Made by a program: the position numbers and the translations under genes. The notes under the pieces are model-generated. The model was not told the origin of the DNA. It saw only the letters and a program-made list of their open reading frames with translations, and ran no database searches. 49,059 nt of DNA from Vampirovibrionales bacterium (GTDB lineage: Bacteria > Cyanobacteriota > Vampirovibrionia > Vampirovibrionales > JAJTHC01). Shown piece after piece: positions 39,212 to 48,873 of the stretch (its first letter is position 1; the number at the start of each line of letters is the position of its first letter). The stretch is taken from positions 1 to 49,059 of the forward strand of contig JAYKJM010000002.1 of NCBI GenBank assembly GCA_035285385.1, in the 5' to 3' direction.

Positions 39212-40636
39212 ATGGCTGGCGTGGCCAACACCCTGACCCTCGACAGTGCCTCAGAGCTCAGTGATGTCTCTGGTGTTGCAACCTCGTCTGAGTGCATGGG
39301 GTTGCCGCATTTGCTCATGCTGGCCGTGGGCATTACCGGCTTTCAGTTTGCGTGGAGCACCCAAATTGCTCTATCAAGCAGGGTTCTGGAGCCCCTTGGT
39401 GCGGATCCGTTTCTGTTTGGTCTCATCTGGTGTGCGGGGCCCATTACGGGCATTTTTGTACAGCCCTTGGTGGGCCTGATGAGCGATCATACCAAATCAC
39501 CTTTGGGCAAGCGCTGGCCGTATATTTTGGCGGGGGCAATTTTGGGATCGCTGGCCATGTGGGGGTTTCCGTATGCGCCCAATTTACTTGTGGCCACGCT
39601 ATTAATTTGGATTATTGATGCCTGCGTGAACACGGCGCAAGGCCCTTATCGTGCCTTGGTGCCAGATTTGGTGCCGCGTGCCCAGCAAGCAATTGCAAAT
39701 TCTTACATGAACTTTGGCATCGGTGCCGGTAACGTGGTGGCCATGGGCTTTGCGCCCCTTGTGCTGGCGCTGCTGGACACCGCTATTAGTATTCCTCAAC
39801 AATACCTCATTTCGGCTATCGTCATGGGGGGCATTACTTTTTTGACAGCCGCCTTCATTCGAGAAAAATCACCCCAAATGCCCTCCGTGTCGTCTACGCC
39901 CAGCGCTGCTGACAATCATCAGGAGTCTGCGGCCAAACCCAGTGTGATTGTGATGCTCAAGAGCTTTGCTGCCGCCAGTCCCGAAATTCATAAAATTTCT
40001 GCCGTTCAGTTTTGTACCTGGCTGGCGTTGATGGGTATGTTTATTTATCTGACCCCGTATATCACCCACCATGTCTTTCGGGTGCCAGATATGACGGACC
40101 TCTCTCATTTTACAAACGCACAAATTGCAGGCTTTAAGGCCTTGCAGACTCAGGCCACCAATACGGCTCAAAGTGCATTTGCCGTGTTTAATCTGGTGTG
40201 TCTGGTGCTCTCGCTGCCTTTGGGGTATCTCACCATTAAGCTTGGGAAAAAGAATGTGCTCAGTGTTGCCCTTTTAATTATGGCTTTGGGCTTTTTGACA
40301 GCACCGTTTTTAACCAGTGCGCCGCAAGTGGTTGGTATGCTGGCTTGTGCGGGCGTGGCGTGGGCGACCATTCTCTCTATTCCGTTTGCCATTCTGTGTG
40401 ATCACATGCCCAAGGGCCAAGAGGGCAGCATCATGGGGATGTTTAACGTCTTTGTGTGCTTGCCACAGCTCATTGCGGCCATTGCCGTGGGTTGGTGGAT
40501 CAATCAATGGCGCGTGCCCCTGCCAGTTGGATTCACACATGCGTGGTGGTTACCCTTTGTGGTGGGTGCTGTCAGTTTGCTGGTGGGGGTTGTGGTCTTG
40601 CAGCAAATTCAAGAAGTAAAGCCAGCAAGAGGATAG
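39212..40636 (+). CDS. GPH/SLC45-family permease, sucrose transporter (SUT)-like
   Basis: 12-TM type. FQFAWSTQIALSSRVLEPLG..LIWCAGPITGIFVQPLVGLMSDHTKSPLGKRWPYILAGA parallels the plant/cyanobacterial SUT N-terminal signature. Confidence 0.8.
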   Translation: MAGVANTLTLDSASELSDVSGVATSSECMGLPHLLMLAVGITGFQFAWSTQIALSSRVLEPLGADPFLFGLIWCAGPITGIFVQPLVGLMSDHTKSPLGKRWPYILAGAILGSLAMWGFPYAPNLLVATLLIWIIDACVNTAQGPYRALVPDLVPRAQQAIANSYMNFGIGAGNVVAMGFAPLVLALLDTAISIPQQYLISAIVMGGITFLTAAFIREKSPQMPSVSSTPSAADNHQESAAKPSVIVMLKSFAAASPEIHKISAVQFCTWLALMGMFIYLTPYITHHVFRVPDMTDLSHFTNAQIAGFKALQTQATNTAQSAFAVFNLVCLVLSLPLGYLTIKLGKKNVLSVALLIMALGFLTAPFLTSAPQVVGMLACAGVAWATILSIPFAILCDHMPKGQEGSIMGMFNVFVCLPQLIAAIAVGWWINQWRVPLPVGFTHAWWLPFVVGAVSLLVGVVVLQQIQEVKPARG

Positions 40637-40808
40637 TTTCAGGAAGGCTCAACAGAGACCACGCTAGCCGCCTTATCGTTTTGGCAACTTAAAACGTGCT
40701 TATCGGCTTTTGTTAGAGGCGATGGACATCAGTCAGCAACGAGAACGAAGTCAACAGACAAAAGAGCTGTTTTGGAGCAAATAACACCCCGCGCTGTGAT
40801 TATGGTAT

Positions 40809-41006
40809 CTATCCCTTAATCATGACCCACAAGACAATAGCCGTGTAGAGTGTCATGACGCTGCCGCGCACGGCAGGCCATTCGGCCAAGAGGGCGTAGG
40901 CTGCAATACCAAGCAAAAAAGCCACGGTGAGCTTGAGCATAATGCGAACCTGAAGCTGTCCAGAGTTCGGTTTTTTGGTGGGGGCAGGAGTTACGTTTGA
41001 AGTCAT
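40809..41006 (-). CDS. Small two-TM hypothetical protein
   Basis: Internal ATG (MTSNVTPAPTKKPNSGQ..) of ORF 40809..41072, with two hydrophobic helices. Weak support. Confidence 0.35.
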   Translation of the reverse strand: MTSNVTPAPTKKPNSGQLQVRIMLKLTVAFLLGIAAYALLAEWPAVRGSVMTLYTAIVLWVMIKG

Positions 41007-41046
41007 AGTCACACCTTTCAACGGCTCTTTAGCATACAATAAATCT

Positions 41047-42015
41047 ATGCGTGCTGACGATATTTGCCACAATGGGCTTGAATCTCAAAATCTCAAACTG
41101 GCCGATGCTTCTTATCCTGAAAGCTCAATGTGGGCTGATTGGCCGACAGAGCAGATTAACCCGCGCACAAGCACGATTGATGAGGTGTCTATTGCCCAGA
41201 CCCTGGCTTTGATTAACGCCGAGGATGCCATTGTGGCAAAGGCCGTCGCCAATGCCATTCCTGCAATTGCCGGTGTTGTTGAGAGGGTGGTTGCCGGTTT
41301 TCAGGCTGGCGGGCGGCTCATTTATACCGGGGCTGGGACGAGTGGGCGACTTGCCGTGCTGGATGCCTCGGAATGTCCGCCGACGTTTGGCACCAATTCG
41401 ACCTTGGTGCAGGCGCTGATTGCGGGTGGTGATGTCGCTTTAAGGCAGGCTGTTGAAGGGGCTGAAGATGATGCTCAGCAGGGGCAAGCCGATTTGAATA
41501 CCCTCGACATTAAACCGCAGGATGTGGTGATTGGTGTTTCCGCCAGTGGTAGTGCCCGCTATGTGACGGCAACGTTGAACGCGGCTCGACGTGCTGGGGC
41601 GTTTACAGCTGCCATTACGTGTGTGCCAAAAAGTCCCATGGCTTTGGCTGCACACGTCGCTATGATTACCCCTGTAGGCCCAGAGGTGATTGCAGGCTCG
41701 ACGCGACTCAAGGCAGGGACGGCTCAAAAACTCGTCCTGAATATGATTTCCACAGCGGCCATGATCCATTGGGGTAAAACCTTGGGTAACATCATGGTGG
41801 ATGTACAACCCTTGAATGCCAAGTTAAGGCAGCGTGCCAAACGTATCGTCTCTGGGCTGGCAGCTGTCTCCATGGAGGAGGCTCAGGCGCTGTTGCAACA
41901 ATCGGGCTGGGCGGTTAAACCTGCAGTGGTCATGGGGGCTCTGGGCTGCTCTCTGGAGGAGGCTCAGGCGCGGTTACATCAGGCCGCTGGTAAGTTAAAA
42001 GTCGCCTTAAAATGA
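41047..42015 (+). CDS. murQ: N-acetylmuramic acid 6-phosphate etherase
   Basis: TEQINPRTSTIDE, GGRLIYTGAGTSGRLAVLDASECPPTFG, GVSASG (SIS domain), GSTRLKAGTAQKLVLNMIST. The start is uncertain (41047 or 41128). Confidence 0.85.
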   Translation: MRADDICHNGLESQNLKLADASYPESSMWADWPTEQINPRTSTIDEVSIAQTLALINAEDAIVAKAVANAIPAIAGVVERVVAGFQAGGRLIYTGAGTSGRLAVLDASECPPTFGTNSTLVQALIAGGDVALRQAVEGAEDDAQQGQADLNTLDIKPQDVVIGVSASGSARYVTATLNAARRAGAFTAAITCVPKSPMALAAHVAMITPVGPEVIAGSTRLKAGTAQKLVLNMISTAAMIHWGKTLGNIMVDVQPLNAKLRQRAKRIVSGLAAVSMEEAQALLQQSGWAVKPAVVMGALGCSLEEAQARLHQAAGKLKVALK

Positions 42016-42124
42016 TTCCGCATGAAAGCCAATTTCAGATGGCTTGGCTTGCAGCGCTGAGGTTGTTTGCTTGTTTTTACGGGGCGAATAGTTTGTCTGC
42101 AGTTTCTTGATGGAAGATCCATCT

Positions 42125-44047
42125 TTAGATGAACGCATTGACGGGCATACTGGGGCGGTCAAAAAACTTGTTAAGCTCCTCGGCGCGGATGGTATGGGCA
42201 ATCGGGCGTCCGTGCGGGCAGGTCCACGGTAGGCAGCAGGCTAACCATTCGCCAATGATGTTGCTCATGGCCTCAGGTGTTAGCACATCGCCAGCACGCA
42301 CCGCGCTATGGCAAGCCAGGGTTGCAATAAGCAGGTCATGCCCCAAATTGCTGGCACCGTGGCCGTGTTGATCTTCTAGCGTTTCAAGCAGATGAAGTAG
42401 CCACTGGGTTGGGTCTTGATGCTGACGATCCGGATACAAGTTGGGGTAAGCCAGCAGGGTCACAGCTTGCGTATCAACAGAGAAGTCAAAGCCAAGCGCC
42501 ATCAGTGCATCGCGATACTCTTCTAGAAGTTGCACTTGGAGAACAGAGAGTGCTTGTGGCACAGCCGCAAGTACTCGTTGGCTGACTGGGGCGGACTCGG
42601 CAACGCGACGGGTCAGGGTTTCAAATCCCGCGCGCTCGCTGGCAATGTGCTGATCCACGACCATTAAGCCCTGAATGGTTTCTAGCAGAATATAGGTGTT
42701 GAATAATTGTCCGATGACGCGCCATTTTGGGCGCTCTGGCTGTGTTTCGGCATGAATACTGATGGCCGGTTCAAGTGGGTTTGCAAAACTTGCATTAGGC
42801 TGTAAAAAAGATGAAGATTGCCATAAATTAGCTTGCTGAATGGCGTTGACAGGGGTTGTGGGGATTGCCGAGCGGTTTATACCACTATGGTGAGCTGACA
42901 TTAAAGGCAACTCATTTGGCATCAACACGTCAGAGGCATGCGGTGTGGCCATCATAAACGGCTTGAGGGGGGCTTGTTGAGGAATGATTTGGGCTCCCGC
43001 AACCTCAATGGCTTGTCGGATGGCATGACGGACAAAGGCGAAAACACGTTGAGGATCCGCGTAGCGAATCTCACGTTTGGCTGGATGAACGTTGACATCC
43101 ACGGCGTTGGCAGGTAAACGCAGTTGCAAAATTACCAGTGGTGAGCGATTTCCCTCTGGAATGAGGGATTGATAGGCATTTTCAATGGCACGTTGGCTTA
43201 CGCTACAACGTACGACCCGCCCATTAATAAACGTTAACCAGGGTTTTTTACCACTTCGAAAAAGCCCCGGGGTTGTTTGTGCCGCCGGAGATGCGGCAAG
43301 CCCCAGGCTAGAGGCCTGAATGCTTTCATCTGTGAAGGCAACCTCCAAAAGCGCGTTTTGTGCGGTTGCATTGAGCTTGAAAATCGTGGCCACGGCATGG
43401 CGCAATATCCCCGTGCCGGGTGTTTCAAATACAAGATGACCATTGATAATCAGAGAAAAACACACATCGGGTCGACACAGCGCCAGATGTTGCACGGTTT
43501 CTTCCACGTGAGCCAGTTCGGTTTGGGGGCGTTTGAGAAACTTTAAGCGCGCAGGCGTGTTAAAAAACAGCTCATCAATCTCCAGGATGGTACCGGGAGC
43601 ACACCCCACTTGGGATAATACCGGTGATTGACCACTGCCTTCTGGAAAGCTGATTTGTGAGCCGATAGAAGCGTCAGCGGTTCTGGAGATTGCCGTAAGC
43701 CTTGAAATGGCGGCCAGGCTGGCTAACGCCTCACCGCGAAAACCCAGGGTCTCAATCGCCTCGAGATCCTGATTTTCGAAGAGTTTACTGGTGGCGTGGT
43801 TGACAAACGCTAAGTGCAAATCATCGGGTGAAATCCCATGACCGTTGTCGGCAATTCGAAACGTGCGCCCGCCATTGCCCACGGTAATTTCGATGCGAGT
43901 AGCACCGGCATCCAGTGCATTCTCGATGAGCTCCTTAACGGCCGAGGCTGGTCGCTCAACGACTTCTCCGGCGGCAATGCGATTGATCAAATCCGGTGGC
44001 AACAGGCGAATCCGCTTAGTAGGTTTTAAGGCAAGAGTCAAGAGCAA
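42125..44047 (-). CDS. mutL: DNA mismatch repair endonuclease MutL
   Basis: IAAGEVVERPASAVKELIENALDAGA, GFRGEALASL, C-terminal DQHIASERAGFE (DQHA-x2-E-x4-E endonuclease motif), CPHGRP. TTG start. Confidence 0.93.
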   Translation of the reverse strand: MLLTLALKPTKRIRLLPPDLINRIAAGEVVERPASAVKELIENALDAGATRIEITVGNGGRTFRIADNGHGISPDDLHLAFVNHATSKLFENQDLEAIETLGFRGEALASLAAISRLTAISRTADASIGSQISFPEGSGQSPVLSQVGCAPGTILEIDELFFNTPARLKFLKRPQTELAHVEETVQHLALCRPDVCFSLIINGHLVFETPGTGILRHAVATIFKLNATAQNALLEVAFTDESIQASSLGLAASPAAQTTPGLFRSGKKPWLTFINGRVVRCSVSQRAIENAYQSLIPEGNRSPLVILQLRLPANAVDVNVHPAKREIRYADPQRVFAFVRHAIRQAIEVAGAQIIPQQAPLKPFMMATPHASDVLMPNELPLMSAHHSGINRSAIPTTPVNAIQQANLWQSSSFLQPNASFANPLEPAISIHAETQPERPKWRVIGQLFNTYILLETIQGLMVVDQHIASERAGFETLTRRVAESAPVSQRVLAAVPQALSVLQVQLLEEYRDALMALGFDFSVDTQAVTLLAYPNLYPDRQHQDPTQWLLHLLETLEDQHGHGASNLGHDLLIATLACHSAVRAGDVLTPEAMSNIIGEWLACCLPWTCPHGRPIAHTIRAEELNKFFDRPSMPVNAFI

Positions 44048-44161
44048 CGTCCTTTATCCCGGGTGATTTGGCTTTATCACGTTCTTGAGAAAGAGAGAAG
44101 ATTGAAATTTTTTGAAATAATTTAGATGTTACCGCCCAGGGCATTGTGCTGTCGTAAAAAA

Positions 44162-45712
44162 TCAGGCGGTTTGTGAAAACTTGGGGGGCGCTTCCTGTGG
44201 AGAGCGGGGGCTGCTGCTTGCAGGCTTAAGATACGCGTCAAAAGCCATGGCCAAATTGCGAGAAAACACCCGACCCAGGGGGCTGACAACCAGTTGGCGC
44301 TCACCAATGGTAGTATCCCAGCCTATTAAATCATCGGCCATGGCGGGCTCAAGGGCAGACAGTGCCTCGGCAAAATAGCGATCGAAGCCGCCCGCGCGCT
44401 CAAGCCAAGGAAACTGAAGTTGCGCTTTTTCAGGCGAAAGCTGACCCTGACAAAGCAATTGCTGAATCACCCAGCGCCTTAAATGGTCATCATCGTTTAA
44501 CAAAATGCCGCGTTGCACAGGTGGCAGTTTTCGCTCCGCCACAAGGTCGTAGTAATCGCTGAGTTTACGCGCATTTTGTGCGTATCCAGTTGCAGTATCG
44601 CTGATGCTGCTGACCCCAAAGCTTATCATGGTTGGATCGGTATCTGCCACATTGAGCTGACTGACTTTAGGATAAGACGTATAACCCATAAAATTTCGAT
44701 GTAAGCGGCCATCGCTCAGGGCTAAGGCCAAATCATCGGTGGGCTTTGCAAAATGATCCATGCCAATGTAGATATAACCGGCTGCCGTCAGGCGCGCCAT
44801 GGCATCGCAAAAAATTGCCAGTTTGGTATCGCTGGTGGGGAGAGCTTCTTCTGGCATTTGTTTTTGATGGGGAGCCAGCCATGGCACGTAGGCAAAATGG
44901 TAGAGGGCAATGCGATCGGGGGATAGCGCAATCACCTCATCCACCGTGCGCTGAAAGGAGTTTAAGGTTTGATGAGGCAAACCATAAATTAAATCGAGGT
45001 TGATACCGCCATAGCCTAACTGCCGTGCGGCTTCAACCAAGGCTTGCGTCTCTTGCAAGCTTTGCTCGCGATGAATGGCTTTTTGAACCTCAGGATAAAC
45101 GTCTTGGACCCCCATGCTCAGGCGGTTAAAGCCGAGGCCTCGGAGTACCTCAAGCTGCTCGTGCGTTGTCACCCGTGGATCAACTTCAAGCGCGATTTCT
45201 GCTTGAGCATCCAGTGTAAAACGATCACGGAGAAACTGACCTAAATCTTGTAACTGCCGCGCGCAGAGATACGTCGGCGTGCCTCCCCCCCAATGCAGCT
45301 GGCGAACTGGTCGCTTGAGATCCAGCAATGGCAAAGTGCCGTCAATTTCGTGATAGAGCGCATCCAGGTATTTTTGAGCCTGCGGTTTTTGTTTGGTTAT
45401 GACCACATTGCAGCCACAGAAAAGGCATCGGCTTTCACAAAAAGGGATGTGCACATAGATCGACAGTGGCCGAAGGTCGCCATTGGCAAGGGGTGCATTG
45501 GTATCCTGGATTAACCCCTGCCATCGATGCCGATCGCTTGCCTCAGACCAATTTTGCCATTCTGGCACGGTGGGATAGCTCGTGTACCGTGGGCCAGAGG
45601 TGGCATATCTTGGTAAAAGCTCAGAAAGCCGTGACGATAGGACTTGGTTGGAGGGCATATTTTTGCTCATGACATCGTTGTTTACGGGATGATTTGAAGC
45701 CGCCAGCACCAT
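44162..45712 (-). CDS. hemN: Oxygen-independent coproporphyrinogen III oxidase (radical SAM)
   Basis: GPRYTSYPT, YVHIPFCESRCLFCGCN (CxxxCxxC), HWGGGTP, NRLSMGVQD. The ATG at 45712 has AAGGTG 6 nt upstream; alternative starts are at 45721 (GTG) and 45670. Confidence 0.9.
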   Translation of the reverse strand: MVLAASNHPVNNDVMSKNMPSNQVLSSRLSELLPRYATSGPRYTSYPTVPEWQNWSEASDRHRWQGLIQDTNAPLANGDLRPLSIYVHIPFCESRCLFCGCNVVITKQKPQAQKYLDALYHEIDGTLPLLDLKRPVRQLHWGGGTPTYLCARQLQDLGQFLRDRFTLDAQAEIALEVDPRVTTHEQLEVLRGLGFNRLSMGVQDVYPEVQKAIHREQSLQETQALVEAARQLGYGGINLDLIYGLPHQTLNSFQRTVDEVIALSPDRIALYHFAYVPWLAPHQKQMPEEALPTSDTKLAIFCDAMARLTAAGYIYIGMDHFAKPTDDLALALSDGRLHRNFMGYTSYPKVSQLNVADTDPTMISFGVSSISDTATGYAQNARKLSDYYDLVAERKLPPVQRGILLNDDDHLRRWVIQQLLCQGQLSPEKAQLQFPWLERAGGFDRYFAEALSALEPAMADDLIGWDTTIGERQLVVSPLGRVFSRNLAMAFDAYLKPASSSPRSPQEAPPKFSQTA

Positions 45713-45786
45713 GGGCGACACACCTTATTTTGGCATTCGTGACTGTTGGGATTTGTGAACAGCAGTGAGTTTAAAAATATTTTTTA

Positions 45787-46209
45787 TTATAGCCCGCGCA
45801 ATGAACAGAGCGGTAATTCAGGGAACGGGTTTAAGGAGCTTGCCTGAGCCATCATCAGATGGTGTTGCAGAGATTGTGCCAGCTCTAGAACCTTTTGAGG
45901 GCAGAGGGTTGCCTCTGGAGATGATGCTGGCCTGAATGAGAGCTGAATGAGGCTCTCTTTAGAAAAAGACACGGATGACAAATTTTTTATGGCCTTGTCT
46001 AAGACGCTTTTTGCCCCGCTCAGGTTGCCTCTTTGCCAGTGATGCAGCCCAACGGCTAGTTGAATCAGCCCTTGCAGCCAGGACTTAAAGGGAGCCTCCT
46101 CAGGCATCAGTCGCCAAAGATCCTCCCAAAATTCGTGCGCCTTAAAATAGTCAGCCGACTCAAACGCGACAAGGCCGTCTTGCAATAGCGGATCTTGAAA
46201 TAGGCTCAC
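45787..46209 (-). CDS. DUF309 domain protein
   Basis: FESADYFKAHEFWEDLW...WLQGLIQLAVGLHHWQRGNLSGAKSVL is the DUF309 signature. The GTG start overlaps the upstream stop (GTGA). Confidence 0.7.
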   Translation of the reverse strand: MSLFQDPLLQDGLVAFESADYFKAHEFWEDLWRLMPEEAPFKSWLQGLIQLAVGLHHWQRGNLSGAKSVLDKAIKNLSSVSFSKESLIQLSFRPASSPEATLCPQKVLELAQSLQHHLMMAQASSLNPFPELPLCSLRGL

Positions 46210-46535
46210 GGTCTCAGTTTCAAAGCATCCAGAAACTTTCGAGCGGCTTGCCTTTGGATATCCGGTGGGCTTAGGCGCAAAAGTTCCACGGCTTGATAGA
46301 CGGTGACATCCATGTCGTACCAGCGTGCGGATTTTCCGCCTGCCTGACGCTCTGCGTGTTGTTCAGCGAGTGCCTCAATGACAGGTTCAAAGGTTTCTGT
46401 GCCAATGGCTTCTTTAAGCTTGTTGAGAAAAAATTGCGCCTGAGCTTGTAACTCTTCTGGGTAGACCCTAAGCATCTCCAGAACTTCCATCAGGAGGGGG
46501 TCGTGATCATACCAGCGACGATGCAATTCAGGCAT
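46206..46535 (-). CDS. Hypothetical small protein built from two RWYD-initiated repeats
   Basis: RRWYDHDPLLMEVLEMLRVYPEELQAQAQFFLNKL and ARWYDMDVTVYQAVELLRLSPPDIQRQAARKFLDAL are an evident internal duplication. Co-directional with and overlapping the DUF309 gene. Confidence 0.55.
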   Translation of the reverse strand: MPELHRRWYDHDPLLMEVLEMLRVYPEELQAQAQFFLNKLKEAIGTETFEPVIEALAEQHAERQAGGKSARWYDMDVTVYQAVELLRLSPPDIQRQAARKFLDALKLRP

Positions 46536-46701
46536 AGAAAAAATCAATTTTCCCAAAATTTAGATAAAAAACAACGTTGAGACATTTCTTAAAACGCTAT
46601 CACAAAGATGACCAACGTGGTTTTCATGCTTTTAGAAACAAGTGTTGCAATAAGCGCTTTTTGGGCGTGGTGTTTAAGCCACCCTTTTATTGAATGCTTG
46701 C

Positions 46702-46727
46702 AAGGACTGGGCTTAAGGACTGGGCTT
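46702..46727 (+). repeat. Exact tandem duplication of the 13-mer AAGGACTGGGCTT
   Basis: Read directly from the sequence, 50-75 nt upstream of the ATG at 46777. A degenerate third copy (AAGGCTTTT) follows. Confidence 0.6.
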
Positions 46728-46776
46728 TTAGTAAGGCTTTTCGTGTCAGATTTAATGATGGCTTGATGGAGATAGT

Positions 46777-47031
46777 ATGACGCAGTTTAGGACGGCGGTA
46801 TCGACCGATTTGTTATCTTTCTTAACGCACGGGCTGAGTGCTCGAGTGGGTGTTTTTCTACGCCAGCTTGAAGAATCGCTTGCTTGCCCAGAAACCTTAA
46901 CCATTCTTTACGACGATGATGCGCTGGATGCGATATTGTGCGGCATGAATCAGGCGCGCTTGAATCAGGGCATAAGTCTGGATCAGCTGGATGCTATTTT
47001 AACCGCCAAGGAAGCTTCAACCGTCGTTTAA
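46777..47031 (+). CDS. Hypothetical 84-aa protein (possible antitoxin-like partner)
   Basis: Small acidic ORF 53 nt upstream of a RelE/ParE-like ORF. No family recognised. Confidence 0.45.
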   Translation: MTQFRTAVSTDLLSFLTHGLSARVGVFLRQLEESLACPETLTILYDDDALDAILCGMNQARLNQGISLDQLDAILTAKEASTVV

Positions 47032-47084
47032 GTGCTGCTTAGGCAACAAAACATTCAAAACGCTTATTTAGAGGACTCTGGCTT

Positions 47085-47441
47085 ATGAGCTCAACAGGAC
47101 ATCGTCATCCATCCGCAAAACGTGCTAAATTGACGCTTGTTTGCGGGCATTCTAATCCCGTTCAGCCAAAAATTCCGCAAATATGGGTGAGCAAGCAGGC
47201 TTGTGCCACCATGATGGCCTTGCCTCGCGAAATTCAGCGGCCGGTCTATTTAGCTTTAAAACGGCTTCGAACCGATGAGGAGGCGGACAACAAAACCCTA
47301 AAAGCGCCTTTGAGCACCGTCAAAATTCATCGCTTTACGCTGTTTCATATGAACATTCGTGTGGCTTATCAGCGTCAGATGTATCAAGGGGCGTATCGAT
47401 TTGTGGTGCTCGCGTTGCTGATTAACGATTTGAGCGATTAA
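47085..47441 (+). CDS. Hypothetical protein with weak RelE/ParE-superfamily resemblance
   Basis: IWVSKQA..ALPREIQRPVYLALKRL and HRFTLFHMNIRVAYQ...YRFVVLAL follow the layout of RelE/ParE toxins (x.f...A...L..LP..i...i...l ... yR.rvg.yRviY...i.vl.i). It has a basic 30-aa N-terminal extension. Low similarity. Confidence 0.4.
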   Translation: MSSTGHRHPSAKRAKLTLVCGHSNPVQPKIPQIWVSKQACATMMALPREIQRPVYLALKRLRTDEEADNKTLKAPLSTVKIHRFTLFHMNIRVAYQRQMYQGAYRFVVLALLINDLSD

Positions 47442-47463
47442 ATGCCTTAAAAAGTGATAGCTT

Positions 47464-48873
47464 GTGTCCACTGTTTTAGCCCCTGAGCAACCACCATTGA
47501 CATCCCAGCGTGTTGCGTTTGTCACGCTGGGGTGTCGTGCTAATCAGGTGGAATCTTCGGCGCTGGCCAAAAATTTTCAATCCTTGGGCTGGCAGATTGT
47601 CTCCTCCAGAGAGACCGCCGCGCTGTATGTTGTTAATACCTGCACCGTGACGGAACAAGCTGATGCTGAAGCGCGTCGTCTGATTCGTCAAATCAGGCGT
47701 CATCACCCTCACGCGCGTTTTGCAGTGACGGGCTGCTATGCGCAAATGGCACCTGAGGTGATGGCCGGTCTCGATGGCGTCGATTTTGTCATTGGAAACG
47801 CCCTGAAAGATCAGTTAGCCGCTTTGGTGCACGAAAAATTTTGGCTCGGGCGGCCAGCCGAGCCCTGGATTTTGGTTGATGAGCTCGACAAAAGTCGTGT
47901 TTTAGCTGTTACAGCCTCTGCGGGCAGTGTGAGCCGGCATCGTGCCAGCTTGAAAATTCAGGATGGCTGCGATTACAAGTGCACCTACTGCATCATTTGG
48001 CAGGCGCGTGGGCCAAGCATTAGCGTCCCGGTGAGCAAGGTGCTGGAAGCGGCTTTGTCGCTGGCGGAGCAGGGATTTCAAGAAATTGTTCTGACGGGCA
48101 TAAATATTGGCCAATACCAGGCTCAAAGCGCGGACCTCACCAGCTTGCTTAAAACGCTGATAGATCGGTTTCAAGGCACCCCGGTGCGGTTTCGCCTAAG
48201 CTCTCTGGACCCACTGGAAGTTTCAGATGCCTTGATTGATACGATTGCCAAATCCAACGGGGTGATTTGTCCGTTTCTGCATTTATCCGCGCAAAGTGTC
48301 GAGGATGGCGTGCTCAAGGCCATGGCACGTCGGCATCACGTGGCTGATTTTGAGCGCATTGTGATGCAGACAGCTTCCCAAATCCCGGATGCGATGATTA
48401 GCGCCGATATTATTGTGGGATTTCCTGGCGAATCGCAGCTGGCTTTTGAGGCCACTCTTGAGCGCTTGGTGCGCTTGCCTGTGCATCATTTACACGTTTT
48501 TCGATATTCTCCGCGTCCACAGACGCCTGCTGCCAGTTACCGACCACAGGTGCCCGAGCGTATCCGAAAGCAGCGAGCCGAGCAGTTACTGGCCTTGAGT
48601 CGACAAAAGCGGCTCGATTTTGCCCGTGCCCAGCACGGTAACGTGCGTTCGGTACTGATTGAGGAGCGGCTTGAAAATGGCGATTGGCTTGCCACCAGCG
48701 ATAATTACCTGAAGGTGGCTTTGCTTCAAGCGCCGCCATCATCAGCACTGCTTGCCAGCAACCTAAAATTAACCCCGGGTGCACAGTATCCTGCTAGGTT
48801 ATTTTACCCATCTGATGTTAAAAACGCAGCCAGTTTGGTTGATTTAGAGGGTCATCTGGTTGAGGCGTTCTAA
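47464..48873 (+). CDS. mtaB: tRNA t6A37 methylthiotransferase MtaB (radical SAM, UPF0004 + TRAM)
   Basis: VAFVTLGCRANQVES, VVNTCTVT, AVTGCYAQ, RASLKIQDGCDYKCTYCIIWQARG, HLHLSAQS, IIVGFPGES. GTG start. Confidence 0.85.
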   Translation: MSTVLAPEQPPLTSQRVAFVTLGCRANQVESSALAKNFQSLGWQIVSSRETAALYVVNTCTVTEQADAEARRLIRQIRRHHPHARFAVTGCYAQMAPEVMAGLDGVDFVIGNALKDQLAALVHEKFWLGRPAEPWILVDELDKSRVLAVTASAGSVSRHRASLKIQDGCDYKCTYCIIWQARGPSISVPVSKVLEAALSLAEQGFQEIVLTGINIGQYQAQSADLTSLLKTLIDRFQGTPVRFRLSSLDPLEVSDALIDTIAKSNGVICPFLHLSAQSVEDGVLKAMARRHHVADFERIVMQTASQIPDAMISADIIVGFPGESQLAFEATLERLVRLPVHHLHVFRYSPRPQTPAASYRPQVPERIRKQRAEQLLALSRQKRLDFARAQHGNVRSVLIEERLENGDWLATSDNYLKVALLQAPPSSALLASNLKLTPGAQYPARLFYPSDVKNAASLVDLEGHLVEAF

